DNA from: an uncultured Methanosarcinales archaeon
GTDB taxonomy: Archaea > Nanobdellota > Nanobdellia > Woesearchaeales > JASKKU01
Direction of reading: 5' to 3'
Assembly (NCBI GenBank): GCA_964416905.1
Contig: CAYQFL010000001.1
Span: 94,647-158,646 of the forward strand
Length of the DNA: 64,000 nucleotides
Shown here: in pieces, positions 9,821-19,066 of the stretch
How positions within the stretch are numbered: the first letter of the stretch is position 1
Layout of the letters: each line of letters begins with the position of its first letter
Notes under the pieces: model-generated
What the model saw: only the letters and a program-made list of their open reading frames with translations
What the model was told of the DNA's origin: nothing
The model's database searches: none
Made by a program: the position numbers and the translations under genes

Positions 9821-11030
9821 TTAACACCTCTTCATAAATCTTATTAAGTTTCTCTGCAGCTCTATCCCAGTTAATGTTGGTAATTTCTAAAAATGCATGT
9901 GTTTTCAAGGTTTCCCTTAATTCTTGATACTTTAAGATAGAAATAATGTAATTTGCCATCTTATTGACATCCCAGTAATCAACCTTTAAGCAGTTATTAA
10001 GAACTTCTGAGACTCCAGATTGTTTTGAGATTATTACTGGAGTTCCATTAGCTATTGCTTCCAGAGGAGTTATCCCAAAAGGTTCAGAAACAGAAGGCAT
10101 AACATAAACATCTGACATCGCATAAATCTTGTCTAACTCCTTCCCTCTCAAAAACCCCGTGAATATAACCTTATCAGATAACCCCAGCTCAGCAACTCGA
10201 TTAATCATTGCAGGCAACATGTCTCCGCTGCCCGTAACCAAAAATTTAACGTTTGGGACATATTCACTTACAATCTTAGCTGCCTCAACAAAATACAAAG
10301 GGCCTTTTTGAATAGTGATTCTTCCTACGAAAGAAACTATGTGGTCTTTTGGAAATATCTTGACATCATAAAACTTTTCCTTGTTATTAAGCAGAACTCC
10401 GTTATGGACAACCTCAACTTTATCTGGATTGATTCCATATTTTTCAATTACAGTTCTCCTTGTAAACTCGCTAACTGCTACAATCAAATCAGCCTCTTCA
10501 AAACCTTTCTTTTCTATGTCATAAACACGTTGATCAATTCCAATAACTCCCCTGTCAAAACTGGTAGCGTGAATGTGCAAAACCAAAGGTTTACCTGTTT
10601 TCTTCTTGAGATTTATTGCCGCAGGATAAGTCATCCAATCGTGCGCATGAATTATATCAAAATCAAAGTTATCTGCAACTAAAAGAACCTTATCAGCAAA
10701 AGCATTGACTTCTTCGAAGATTCTATTACTGTAAAGCTCGAATTTCTTGCCTTTAACCGTATCATTCTTAAACACTGCAAAACTCGGCAAAGATTCATGA
10801 TAAGGCACTATGCCTGAATCAATAGGAATATATTTCTCCAGATGCTCGATATCTATGCCTGCATTGATAACCTTTAAGAAATCATAATCAAATTCCGCTG
10901 GGGCTTTTGGTACAACGAAAATAACCTTAACCCCTAGAGCAGAGAGTGCTTTGGTTAAACCATAGCATGCAGTACCCAATCCACCAACATTATACGGTGG
11001 AAATTCCCATCCAAGCATAAATACCTTCAT
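9807..11030 (-). CDS. GT4/GT5-type glycosyltransferase (glycogen synthase-like)
   Basis: 'MKVFMLGWEFPPYNVGGLGTACYGL' is the classic N-terminal motif of GT4/GlgA-like transferases. There is a C-terminal 'E-x7-E'-like region. Confidence 0.7.
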   Translation of the reverse strand: MKVFMLGWEFPPYNVGGLGTACYGLTKALSALGVKVIFVVPKAPAEFDYDFLKVINAGIDIEHLEKYIPIDSGIVPYHESLPSFAVFKNDTVKGKKFELYSNRIFEEVNAFADKVLLVADNFDFDIIHAHDWMTYPAAINLKKKTGKPLVLHIHATSFDRGVIGIDQRVYDIEKKGFEEADLIVAVSEFTRRTVIEKYGINPDKVEVVHNGVLLNNKEKFYDVKIFPKDHIVSFVGRITIQKGPLYFVEAAKIVSEYVPNVKFLVTGSGDMLPAMINRVAELGLSDKVIFTGFLRGKELDKIYAMSDVYVMPSVSEPFGITPLEAIANGTPVIISKQSGVSEVLNNCLKVDYWDVNKMANYIISILKYQELRETLKTHAFLEITNINWDRAAEKLNKIYEEVLNGRS

Positions 11031-11238
11031 ATGACTACCTCAGCGCCCTCTTTCGAAAGAATCGCAGTTATCCGTTTCACAAAACCCAAGTTTGTTCAAG
11101 CTATTACGACAAAACATTTTATTTAAGGATTACTTATCACTCCAAAGTACAAACTTAAAGAAAATGTTCTAAAGAATGAAACACAAACGAATAAAATATT
11201 CAAAAAATTTAAATAATGAATATAAAGGTTAAAAAATC

Positions 11239-11703
11239 ATGAAGCTCGAGGAACATATTTTATATTCAACAATCTTTGCAGTAATCGTATTTTTAGCAGT
11301 TAAAAACATCATACTAATCATAACCTTTCTGATATCGGCTATATTAATAGATTTAGACCACCTGCTTGACTATTTTATCTTTCACCCCATGGATTTTATT
11401 CATCCAATTCAATTCTTAAGAAAAAGAATAAAATATTTCTTATCATGCAAATGGTACAAAAAGAAAGTGTTTGTGTTCTTACATTCTTTTGAACTTGTTG
11501 GGAGCACCTTAGCTCTAGCAATCCTCTTAAACAACAAAATATTGCTGTTCACAACTCTTGGATTTTCTTTCCATTTACTCCTTGATATCTTAGGAAACGT
11601 ATTAAAAAAACGATCTATAAAAAAGCTCAGGTTCTATTTTTTAACTTATAGAGCATCAAAAAAATTCTTAGTTAACAAACTATTAAACGTAAGAAATATT
11701 TAG
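11239..11703 (+). CDS. Small polytopic membrane protein, possibly YdjM/DUF457-like membrane-bound metal-dependent hydrolase
   Basis: Several hydrophobic helices and an 'IDLDHLLDY' motif. Confidence 0.35.
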   Translation: MKLEEHILYSTIFAVIVFLAVKNIILIITFLISAILIDLDHLLDYFIFHPMDFIHPIQFLRKRIKYFLSCKWYKKKVFVFLHSFELVGSTLALAILLNNKILLFTTLGFSFHLLLDILGNVLKKRSIKKLRFYFLTYRASKKFLVNKLLNVRNI

Positions 11704-11781
11704 ACTATCCATATAAGAAAAATTTGTTCAAAAATTCAAAAGATTTTTAACTGCACTCTTTCTCCAAACAAAACACTTAAG

Positions 11782-12426
11782 ATGAGAATTAAAAAAACTC
11801 TTAAACAAATTAAAAAGGGTTGGGACTTTATCTGGAAGGGCGATTCTATCACTAGTTGGGTTCTGGCTTTTGCTGTTTCATATTTAATTGTTAAATTCAT
11901 TTTCTTTCCAGTACTTGAACTTTCGCTAAATACTGATTTGCCATTGGTAGCAGTTGTTTCAGGAAGCATGGATCATAGGCTAAATGAACAAGGAGTTATC
12001 TGTGGAAAAGCGCCAACAAATTATTCTGATACATTCGATAATTTTTGGAGCGTTTGTGGCGATTGGTATGAGAAAAGAAACATAACAAAAGAAGTGTTCT
12101 GCAACTTTCCATTTAGTGATGGATTCCATAAAGGAGACATTATGATAATATATGATCCAGGAATTGATAACATACAAATTGGTGATGTCGTTGTATTTGA
12201 TTCCTTGTTTTTAAAATATCCAATAATTCACAGAGTTGTAAACAAAACTGTTATTAATAACACTGCATACTTTGAAACTAAAGGCGATCACAACCCAGGT
12301 CAAAATTTTGATGAGCATGAGCTAACTAAAGAGAGAATTCATGGTAAAGCCGTATTCAGAATTCCGTACTTAGGTTATCCAAAGATTTGGTTATTTGAAC
12401 TTTATCAAAAAATGTTCAAAAGGTGA
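11782..12426 (+). CDS. Signal peptidase I, archaeal/eukaryotic Sec11 type (S26B)
   Basis: N-terminal TM segment, the catalytic Ser box 'VVSGSMDHRL', and an 'IIHRVV' His box typical of Ser/His-type SPase I. Confidence 0.75.
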   Translation: MRIKKTLKQIKKGWDFIWKGDSITSWVLAFAVSYLIVKFIFFPVLELSLNTDLPLVAVVSGSMDHRLNEQGVICGKAPTNYSDTFDNFWSVCGDWYEKRNITKEVFCNFPFSDGFHKGDIMIIYDPGIDNIQIGDVVVFDSLFLKYPIIHRVVNKTVINNTAYFETKGDHNPGQNFDEHELTKERIHGKAVFRIPYLGYPKIWLFELYQKMFKR

Positions 12427-12431
12427 TTCTA

Positions 12432-12761
12432 ATGAACATGTTCTGTAAGAAATGTGGCGGATTACTTGTTCCTAAAACTGTGGGGAAAAAAAAGAAACTT
12501 GTTTGTTTAAAATGTGGTTACGAAGTTGATGTTGACAAGAGTTCTGGAACCAAGATTAGCGAATCCCTCAAGAAAAGCAAAGAAATCGAAATTGTTGAGA
12601 AAAACAATGAAGAGAACTTACCAATAACAGATGCAGAATGTCCTAAATGCGGAAATAATAAAGCATACTTCTGGTTAGTACAAACAAGAGCATCTGACGA
12701 AGCTGAAACTAAATTCTTAAAATGCACGAAATGTAGTCATGTTTGGCGGGATTACGAATAA
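12432..12761 (+). CDS. tfs: Transcription factor S / RNA polymerase subunit M (TFIIS-type C-terminal zinc ribbon)
   Basis: Two zinc ribbons (CKKCGG…CLKCG and CPKCGN…CTKCS) and the 'QTRASDE' acidic hairpin motif. The start is uncertain; the tracked ORF begins at a GTG at 12423. Confidence 0.8.
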   Translation: MNMFCKKCGGLLVPKTVGKKKKLVCLKCGYEVDVDKSSGTKISESLKKSKEIEIVEKNNEENLPITDAECPKCGNNKAYFWLVQTRASDEAETKFLKCTKCSHVWRDYE

Positions 12762-12777
12762 AAAACAAAAATCTAAC

Positions 12778-12993
12778 ATGAGAATCACTGTAAAGGTCCG
12801 GACAAACAAGTCACATCAAAAAGTCGCATTTAACAAAGAGTTAGGACTTTATGAAATAGACTTAAAATCCAATCCAGTAAAAGGAAAAGCCAACAAAGAA
12901 CTAATATCGCTTCTAAAAGAGCATTTTAAGAAGAAAGATATAAGAATTGTTAGCGGAAAACTATCTAAAACAAAAATAATTGAAATAAATTAA
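12778..12993 (+). CDS. DUF167 (YggU/UPF0235) family protein
   Basis: 'MRITVKVRTNK…GKANKELISLL…IRIVSGKLSKTKIIEI' matches the DUF167 pattern. The start was chosen at the internal Met. Confidence 0.6.
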   Translation: MRITVKVRTNKSHQKVAFNKELGLYEIDLKSNPVKGKANKELISLLKEHFKKKDIRIVSGKLSKTKIIEIN

Positions 12994-12999
12994 AAAAGC

Positions 13000-14178
13000 T
13001 TATTTTTTAGATTTCTTGATAAACTCCAAAAAAGGCAGAGTTCCTTTTGCAATGTATTCTAAAGCTGCGCCGCCTCCTGTTGAAACGAAATCAAATTTGT
13101 CTAACAAGTTTAGCTGATTTAACAAAGAGAGCGTATCACCACCACCAACAATTTTGTAACATGATTTGGTTAAAGAAAGCAAAGACGCGAATTCTTCTGA
13201 ACCTGTTCTAAATTCAGCAATTTCATATTTTCCAAGCGGACCATTCCAGAAAACAGTCTTTGATTTCAAAACATATTCTAGAAACAAGAGAACAGATTTA
13301 GAACCAATGTCTGCTCCATAAAAAGATTTAGGTATAGCTGCAGCATTAACAGTTCTAAGATTCTTGGCTTCATCTAAGCTCTTTGAAATAACTATATCTT
13401 GAGGCAAAACAATTTTCTTTGATTTAAGCAAAGCATTAGCTTCCTCAACCATCTCAGGTTCCCATAAAGAATTACCAATCTCAAAACCTTTAGCTTTATA
13501 GAACGTAAAAATCATTGCGCCCCCAAGCATGATATAATCAACTTTTTTAATCAAAGACTTAATAACAGGTAGCTTTGTAGAAAGTTTGGAGCCACCGAGC
13601 ACAACAGCTATTGGTTTCTTCTTGTTTGAGAAATCCAGGTTTTCTAACTCTTGTTTAACTAAAAACCCTATGCACGATTTTATATGTTTTGCTATGCCAT
13701 ACGTTGATGCGTGTTTCCTATGCATCGTTGCAAAAGCGTCATTAACAAAAACATCACCCAAGGTTGATAAAAGATAAGCAAAACCCTCATCGTTCTCTGT
13801 TTCTTTCTTATAGAATCTAATGTTTTCTAAAAGAACAATGCCTTTTTTCTCAGGTTTCTCTAATTCATCACTGAGCTTTTTGAAGATTACTTTTCTGTTC
13901 AACAATTCTGATAACCTCTCTGCAACAGGCTTTAAAGATAAAGTTTTGTCAAACCCGGAAGGTCTCCCCAAATGAGATATTATTATCAACTTTTTAGGTT
14001 TTTTACCTAAGATGTAAGTTATTGTTGGTAATGCTGCTCTAATTCTTGTATCATCAACAATCTTTCCATTTTTTAGACCAACGTTAAAATCACATCTTAA
14101 AACAACCCTTTTGTTAGAAATACGAAACCTTGTTATGAAAGGTAGTTTCTCTCTCATTTGAAAACCTCTAAAAATCAA
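13000..14178 (-). CDS. pgk: Phosphoglycerate kinase
   Basis: 392 aa with PGK motifs 'GGGDTL' and 'STGGGAALEYI'. Confidence 0.9.
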   Translation of the reverse strand: MIFRGFQMREKLPFITRFRISNKRVVLRCDFNVGLKNGKIVDDTRIRAALPTITYILGKKPKKLIIISHLGRPSGFDKTLSLKPVAERLSELLNRKVIFKKLSDELEKPEKKGIVLLENIRFYKKETENDEGFAYLLSTLGDVFVNDAFATMHRKHASTYGIAKHIKSCIGFLVKQELENLDFSNKKKPIAVVLGGSKLSTKLPVIKSLIKKVDYIMLGGAMIFTFYKAKGFEIGNSLWEPEMVEEANALLKSKKIVLPQDIVISKSLDEAKNLRTVNAAAIPKSFYGADIGSKSVLLFLEYVLKSKTVFWNGPLGKYEIAEFRTGSEEFASLLSLTKSCYKIVGGGDTLSLLNQLNLLDKFDFVSTGGGAALEYIAKGTLPFLEFIKKSKK

Positions 14179-14271
14179 AATTAGTCATTATAAATCAAGA
14201 GAAGTTTAAATATTTTTAGATTTAAAGATACAAAACAAAATGAAAGTCAAGCAATAAAATAAATACAAAAA

Positions 14272-15387
14272 TCACTCCGAATCAGAAATAATTAATTTGT
14301 TATTATCAACAACAAACTTGTAATTTTTTGCAGGCTTGAACCTACAAGCCTTTGCAATGTACTGTGGTAAGATAACATTGTTCCCTTTAAACTCGAATTC
14401 GGATATAATCTCCACCTTGTTATTGTTTTCTCCATCTAAACTAATACCCAACTCAGAAAATAAATTTGCTTTTTCTTTACTTTGTTTATCCTTGAAACGC
14501 ACAGTATTCCTATACAATTGTTCTGCAATAACTTCTGCGAGATTAACTCCTGTAGCTTGAGTTGCACCCTGTAATCCTGGGCTTAAATTTACTTCAATAA
14601 CCAAAGGGCCCTTATATGTTGGAAGAATATCTATTGCACAGATATCTGCGTTCATTGCTTTGGCTGTTTTGAAAGCTATTTTTTTAAGCTCTTGTGTTAC
14701 CTCAATTCGTCCTACAGAACCGCCAAGGTGTACATTAGCTCTTTTTTCTTCACCATTAGCAATTCGTTTGTAACCAAAAACTTTTTCGCCAATAACCAAA
14801 AGCCTATAATCTATACCGTCAGTTTCAACATATTCTTGTATCAAAAAAGGCTGCTTTAACTGAGCTAAAGCGTCTAAAAAAGAGGATGCTGCAGCAAAAC
14901 TTTCGATGTAAATAACTCCTTTTCCCTGAGTTCCTCGAGGCAATTTTACAATTAACGGATACTGTGCAGTCTTGATAAAAGATTTAACAGATGCATAATT
15001 TGAAAACAAATACGTTTTCGGCATTGGAACGCCTGCTTTTTCTAATACAAGATGAGTTAAAATCTTATCATGACCTATATCAAAAGAAGCGGGATGGATT
15101 GGTTGATAAGCTTGATTAAAAAAAGCTTCAGATAATGCCCTTAAAGCTGTGGAATATCTATACGAACCTTTAATATAAACACAATCAAAATTTTTCTCTA
15201 TGGGTTTACCATCTACAAAAATGTTTGAATCTTTACCACCTAAGGAAATCTCTACACCTTTAAGATTATAATGAATTACCTCATCAAAGAATTTTTTCAA
15301 GGCTTCATAAGTCCATTGAGAACTCTTACTTCCTAAGCTAAAAAAAGCGCATCTCATTTTATCACTTAATTTATTTTTTATCTTCAT
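14272..15387 (-). CDS. RimK-family ATP-grasp alpha-L-glutamate ligase with a ~60-aa C-terminal extension
   Basis: ATP-grasp core ('LIVKLPRGTQGKGVIYIES', 'AIDILPTYKGPLVIEVNLSPGL'). It is paired with a PF05618-like protease gene. The extra C-terminal segment has an AbrB-like look (weak). Confidence 0.7.
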   Translation of the reverse strand: MKIKNKLSDKMRCAFFSLGSKSSQWTYEALKKFFDEVIHYNLKGVEISLGGKDSNIFVDGKPIEKNFDCVYIKGSYRYSTALRALSEAFFNQAYQPIHPASFDIGHDKILTHLVLEKAGVPMPKTYLFSNYASVKSFIKTAQYPLIVKLPRGTQGKGVIYIESFAAASSFLDALAQLKQPFLIQEYVETDGIDYRLLVIGEKVFGYKRIANGEEKRANVHLGGSVGRIEVTQELKKIAFKTAKAMNADICAIDILPTYKGPLVIEVNLSPGLQGATQATGVNLAEVIAEQLYRNTVRFKDKQSKEKANLFSELGISLDGENNNKVEIISEFEFKGNNVILPQYIAKACRFKPAKNYKFVVDNNKLIISDSE

Positions 15388-15727
15388 TTAAATTTGGATC
15401 TATAAGCACAGGCAGTTTCCTTAGAAGATTTCTACCAATAAGAACAGGATACTTCATATGAGCCCTGTCAGCAACAGTAAAATAAGTTGAAACCTCAACA
15501 CCTTTAATCCTTATTTTAGCGCGAACAACCGGCCGTTTATCTTTACCTAAGCTGGATTTAATAGTTTTGACTCTAACAATCGGTCCTAAAAACAAATCAG
15601 ACGCTAAACTAACATCTATAGAAGAGGTTGCTGCACCAGTATCAATCCTTGCTCGCACGGTCTTTGAGTTTTTTTCCCCAACAATTTCTACCTTCTCAGT
15701 CAAACCAATTATCTTACGGTCTTCCAT
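15371..15727 (-). CDS. RimK-associated retropepsin-like aspartic protease (PF05618 'Zn_protease' / RimB-like)
   Basis: 118 aa. 'ARIDTGAATSSIDV' carries the D-T-G-A aspartic protease motif. It overlaps the start of the RimK gene. Confidence 0.65.
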   Translation of the reverse strand: MEDRKIIGLTEKVEIVGEKNSKTVRARIDTGAATSSIDVSLASDLFLGPIVRVKTIKSSLGKDKRPVVRAKIRIKGVEVSTYFTVADRAHMKYPVLIGRNLLRKLPVLIDPNLNEDKK

Positions 15728-15753
15728 TTTGCATCAACTAAATCCATTAAAGT

Positions 15754-17223
15754 TTACTCATTCGACTCCTTTAACACAACAAAAGGAATGACATCTCTTA
15801 TCGAATCTTGTTCAGTTAAAAACATTACTAACCTGTCAATTCCTATACCTAAACCGCCTGTTGGAGGCATACCATGCTCTAAAGCAATTAAGAAATCATC
15901 ATCTTTTGGCGGCGCTTCCTCGTCACCAAGTTTCCTATTTCGTTCCTGTTCTTCAAACCTTTCTCTTTGATCAACAGGATCATTCAATTCTGAGTAAGCA
16001 TTAGCGAACTCCTCGCCTGCAATAAACAACTCAAACCTTTCTGTTAACCCAGGTTTACTCCTGTGAACCTTTGTTAATGGAGACACCTCTTTAGGATAAT
16101 CTAATATAAAGGTAGGCTGTATTAGCTTTTCCTGCACAAGCTCTTCAAAGATAACATTAATCAATAAACCTTTAGTAATCTCTCCAGCAAGCTCGACATC
16201 TAAAGTATCAACAATCTCTTTAAGTTCTTCAAGACTCATCTTTTCTACATCATAACCAGTATATTGCTTTATCGCATCATACATAGTTAATCTGGCAAAA
16301 GGCTTGCTAAGGTCAATCACATGTCCTCTAAATTTAATCTTATCTTTCTTTACCACATCTTTAGCCAAAGCTTTAATCAAAGTTTCAGTTAAATTCATCA
16401 TTTCATTATAATCAACATAAGCCTGATAAAGTTCAATCATGCTGAACTCAGGATTATGCATCGTATCCATTCCTTCGTTCCTAAAATTCTTACCAATCTC
16501 AAATACTTTCTCGTAACCACCAATAATTAACCTTTTTAGATATAATTCTAAAGAAATTCTTAGATAAAGGTCCCTATCTAAAGCATTATGGTGAGTTATA
16601 AACGGTCTGGCATTTGCGCCACCGTAAACCGCTTGTAAAATAGGTGTTTCTAATTCAATAAAACCTCGTTCATACAAGAATTGTCTTATATACTTAATAA
16701 TCTCATGTCTCTTTCTGAAAACTTCTCTTGTAGCAAGGTTCATAATCAAATCGAGGTATCTATATCTCTGCTTCAAATCAGGGTCGTTTATACCGTGATA
16801 CTTTTCTGGCAAACCTCTCAAAGATTTTGAAAGAATCTCAAATTTCTCTACAAAAATGCTCAGCTCTCCAGCTTTGGTTCTGGAAACTTTACCATAGACA
16901 CCACAAAAATCACCAATGTCTAACAAAGAAAGATTATCAAAATCTTTTGTTGTATCTTTCTTGAAAACTACTTGTAAATCGCCAAACTCATCTCTAAGAG
17001 TTAAAAACGCAATTTTTCCCAAAACCCTTCGAGTTATAACTCTGCCAGCAAAACTAACAACTTCTTCAGAAAATCCTCCTTGAGCAATATCTTTGTATTT
17101 CTCTTTAATTTGAGTACTGGAATATTTTTTATCAAAAGTGTATGGAAAAGGATTTATACCTTTTTCACGAAGTGCTTTAATTCTTTCCTTTCCCCTTTCA
17201 ATCAGGTTATCTCCCAAAGCCAT
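15754..17223 (-). CDS. lysS: Lysyl-tRNA synthetase, class II
   Basis: 489 aa with an OB anticodon-binding N-domain and class II motifs ('FRNEG', 'GGLGIGIDRLVM'). Confidence 0.9.
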   Translation of the reverse strand: MALGDNLIERGKERIKALREKGINPFPYTFDKKYSSTQIKEKYKDIAQGGFSEEVVSFAGRVITRRVLGKIAFLTLRDEFGDLQVVFKKDTTKDFDNLSLLDIGDFCGVYGKVSRTKAGELSIFVEKFEILSKSLRGLPEKYHGINDPDLKQRYRYLDLIMNLATREVFRKRHEIIKYIRQFLYERGFIELETPILQAVYGGANARPFITHHNALDRDLYLRISLELYLKRLIIGGYEKVFEIGKNFRNEGMDTMHNPEFSMIELYQAYVDYNEMMNLTETLIKALAKDVVKKDKIKFRGHVIDLSKPFARLTMYDAIKQYTGYDVEKMSLEELKEIVDTLDVELAGEITKGLLINVIFEELVQEKLIQPTFILDYPKEVSPLTKVHRSKPGLTERFELFIAGEEFANAYSELNDPVDQRERFEEQERNRKLGDEEAPPKDDDFLIALEHGMPPTGGLGIGIDRLVMFLTEQDSIRDVIPFVVLKESNE

Positions 17224-17379
17224 TTTCCAAAGACAATTAGCTGTCTATTTTTAAATTTTGCCATAATCTAGCAAAAATCCTGTATTGAATTCTAAAACAT
17301 AAACAAAAATAACTCAAATAAGTTGTTTGATTAATAAAAACTCAAAGCTTTTAAAAACAGAAAATCATCCAATAAGATT

Positions 17380-17946
17380 ATGAGCTTTGATGATATTAAA
17401 AAAGGCATACTTTGGAAGATGCATAATCTAGATAAATCACATAAGAAAAGTATAGATGAAAAGATAAGGAAACTTTGCGAAATCATAAATGAAAAGAACA
17501 ATTATGTTACAACAAGCTCCTGTTCAGGAAGAATTTCTGTAACAAAACATAAAGAAACAAAATCGCCCAATGCTTGGATTTTCAAATCTCACGACAAAAT
17601 TTCTGTTAAAGATCTATTAAACTTAGAGCTACCAGAAGATTTATGTTTACTCAAAATGGAGAGTGCAATCCTTCATGTAGCCTGCGATAGCATAGATAGT
17701 GCAAAAAAGCTTTTGAACATCGCAAGAGAATGCGGATTTAAAAGATCCGGGATAATCTCAATAAAACCAAATAAGAAGGTGATTGAGATTTTGTCAACAG
17801 AAAGCTTAGCTGTGCCATTTTCCAAAGATGGAACGCTTCTAGTAAGCAAAGAATATTTAGAGCTTTGCGTAGATTTAGCAAACAAAAAACTAGAAAGAAC
17901 TCATGAAAAAATTAAAAAACTCGAAGAAGCAGTAAAAACCATATAA
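17380..17946 (+). CDS. taw3: tRNA wybutosine/wyosine biosynthesis methyltransferase Taw3 (TYW3 homologue)
   Basis: 188 aa. The 'YVTTSSCSGRISV' motif is characteristic of TYW3. Confidence 0.7.
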   Translation: MSFDDIKKGILWKMHNLDKSHKKSIDEKIRKLCEIINEKNNYVTTSSCSGRISVTKHKETKSPNAWIFKSHDKISVKDLLNLELPEDLCLLKMESAILHVACDSIDSAKKLLNIARECGFKRSGIISIKPNKKVIEILSTESLAVPFSKDGTLLVSKEYLELCVDLANKKLERTHEKIKKLEEAVKTI

Positions 17947-17975
17947 GTTATAAGAACTTAAGCTAAAAAGATAAT

Positions 17976-18923
17976 TTAATCAAGATTTTTGTCTTTTATG
18001 AACAACCAATCTAAAATTCTACTCAGCTTTACAGGATCGTGTCTTAAAATATCCTTCTCGTTCAAAAGATCAACAAACACATACCTTGGATCTTTGCTTT
18101 TCGCAACCATCAATTCCTGATTTTCTTCTTTGTATTTTTTCAGGATTTCATCGGAAGGCTTGCTTGAGTTAACAATAATATAATCAAGATTAACGTGTTT
18201 TTCAAGAACTTTAACGCAATCTTCTATAGTAAAACCAGAAGTTTCTCCCGGTTCAGTCATAATGTTTGCAATGTATATCTTCTTTGCGCTAGATTCGTTA
18301 ATAAATTTAGCAACATAAGGTACAAGGAAATTAGGAAGAATACTTGTGTACAAACTTCCTGGTCCAAAAATGATAAAATCTGATTTTTTTATTGCAGATA
18401 TCACCTCGGGATTTGGATAAATTGGTGTTGGACTTTCTAAGAAGAATTTTTTAATCTTTTCTGAACGATTCTCATACAGGTAAGTCCTTATTTCAACTTC
18501 TCCTTTCAAAACTTTACCATTCTCAAACTCAACACAAAGGTGAGCGTCATTTAAAGTTACAGGGATCACTCGATGATTAGATATACCTAAGATTTTATGA
18601 GCCACATCTAAAGCTTCTTCAAAAGAACCATAAATTTTAGTCAAAGCGGTAAGAATTAGATTACCTAAGCTGTGATCGTTTAACTTAGTATCAAACCTGT
18701 AATTGAAAAGCTGGTTCCAGACAACAGTATCATCTGATAAGGCAACTAAACAATTTCTAATATCTCCTGGAGGGATGATCCCATAGAGCGTTCTTAAAAT
18801 ACCTGTACTGCCACCATTATCTGTAACAGAAACAACTGCATTAATCTTAACATCTTCCAATCTTTTGAGAGCAAGTAACAAATGAAAAGAACCTGTGCCA
18901 CCACCAAAGGTTGTAACAATCAT
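17976..18923 (-). CDS. CofD/YvcK (UPF0052) family protein (2-phospho-L-lactate transferase-like / gluconeogenesis-factor family)
   Basis: 'TTFGGGTGSFHLLLAL…VVSVTDNGGSTG…PPGDIRNCL' motifs of the CofD/YvcK family. Confidence 0.65.
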   Translation of the reverse strand: MIVTTFGGGTGSFHLLLALKRLEDVKINAVVSVTDNGGSTGILRTLYGIIPPGDIRNCLVALSDDTVVWNQLFNYRFDTKLNDHSLGNLILTALTKIYGSFEEALDVAHKILGISNHRVIPVTLNDAHLCVEFENGKVLKGEVEIRTYLYENRSEKIKKFFLESPTPIYPNPEVISAIKKSDFIIFGPGSLYTSILPNFLVPYVAKFINESSAKKIYIANIMTEPGETSGFTIEDCVKVLEKHVNLDYIIVNSSKPSDEILKKYKEENQELMVAKSKDPRYVFVDLLNEKDILRHDPVKLSRILDWLFIKDKNLD

Positions 18924-19066
18924 AATAGTGCGTTTTCAAACCAACTATTTAAATTTTTATCTAATAAAACTAAAACAATTGAAACCTTCAAAACCAATTC
19001 TATAAACCAGTTTACAAAAAGAACAAAACTCTATAAAAAATAAGAAAAGTTTTAAAATAAAGAAAG

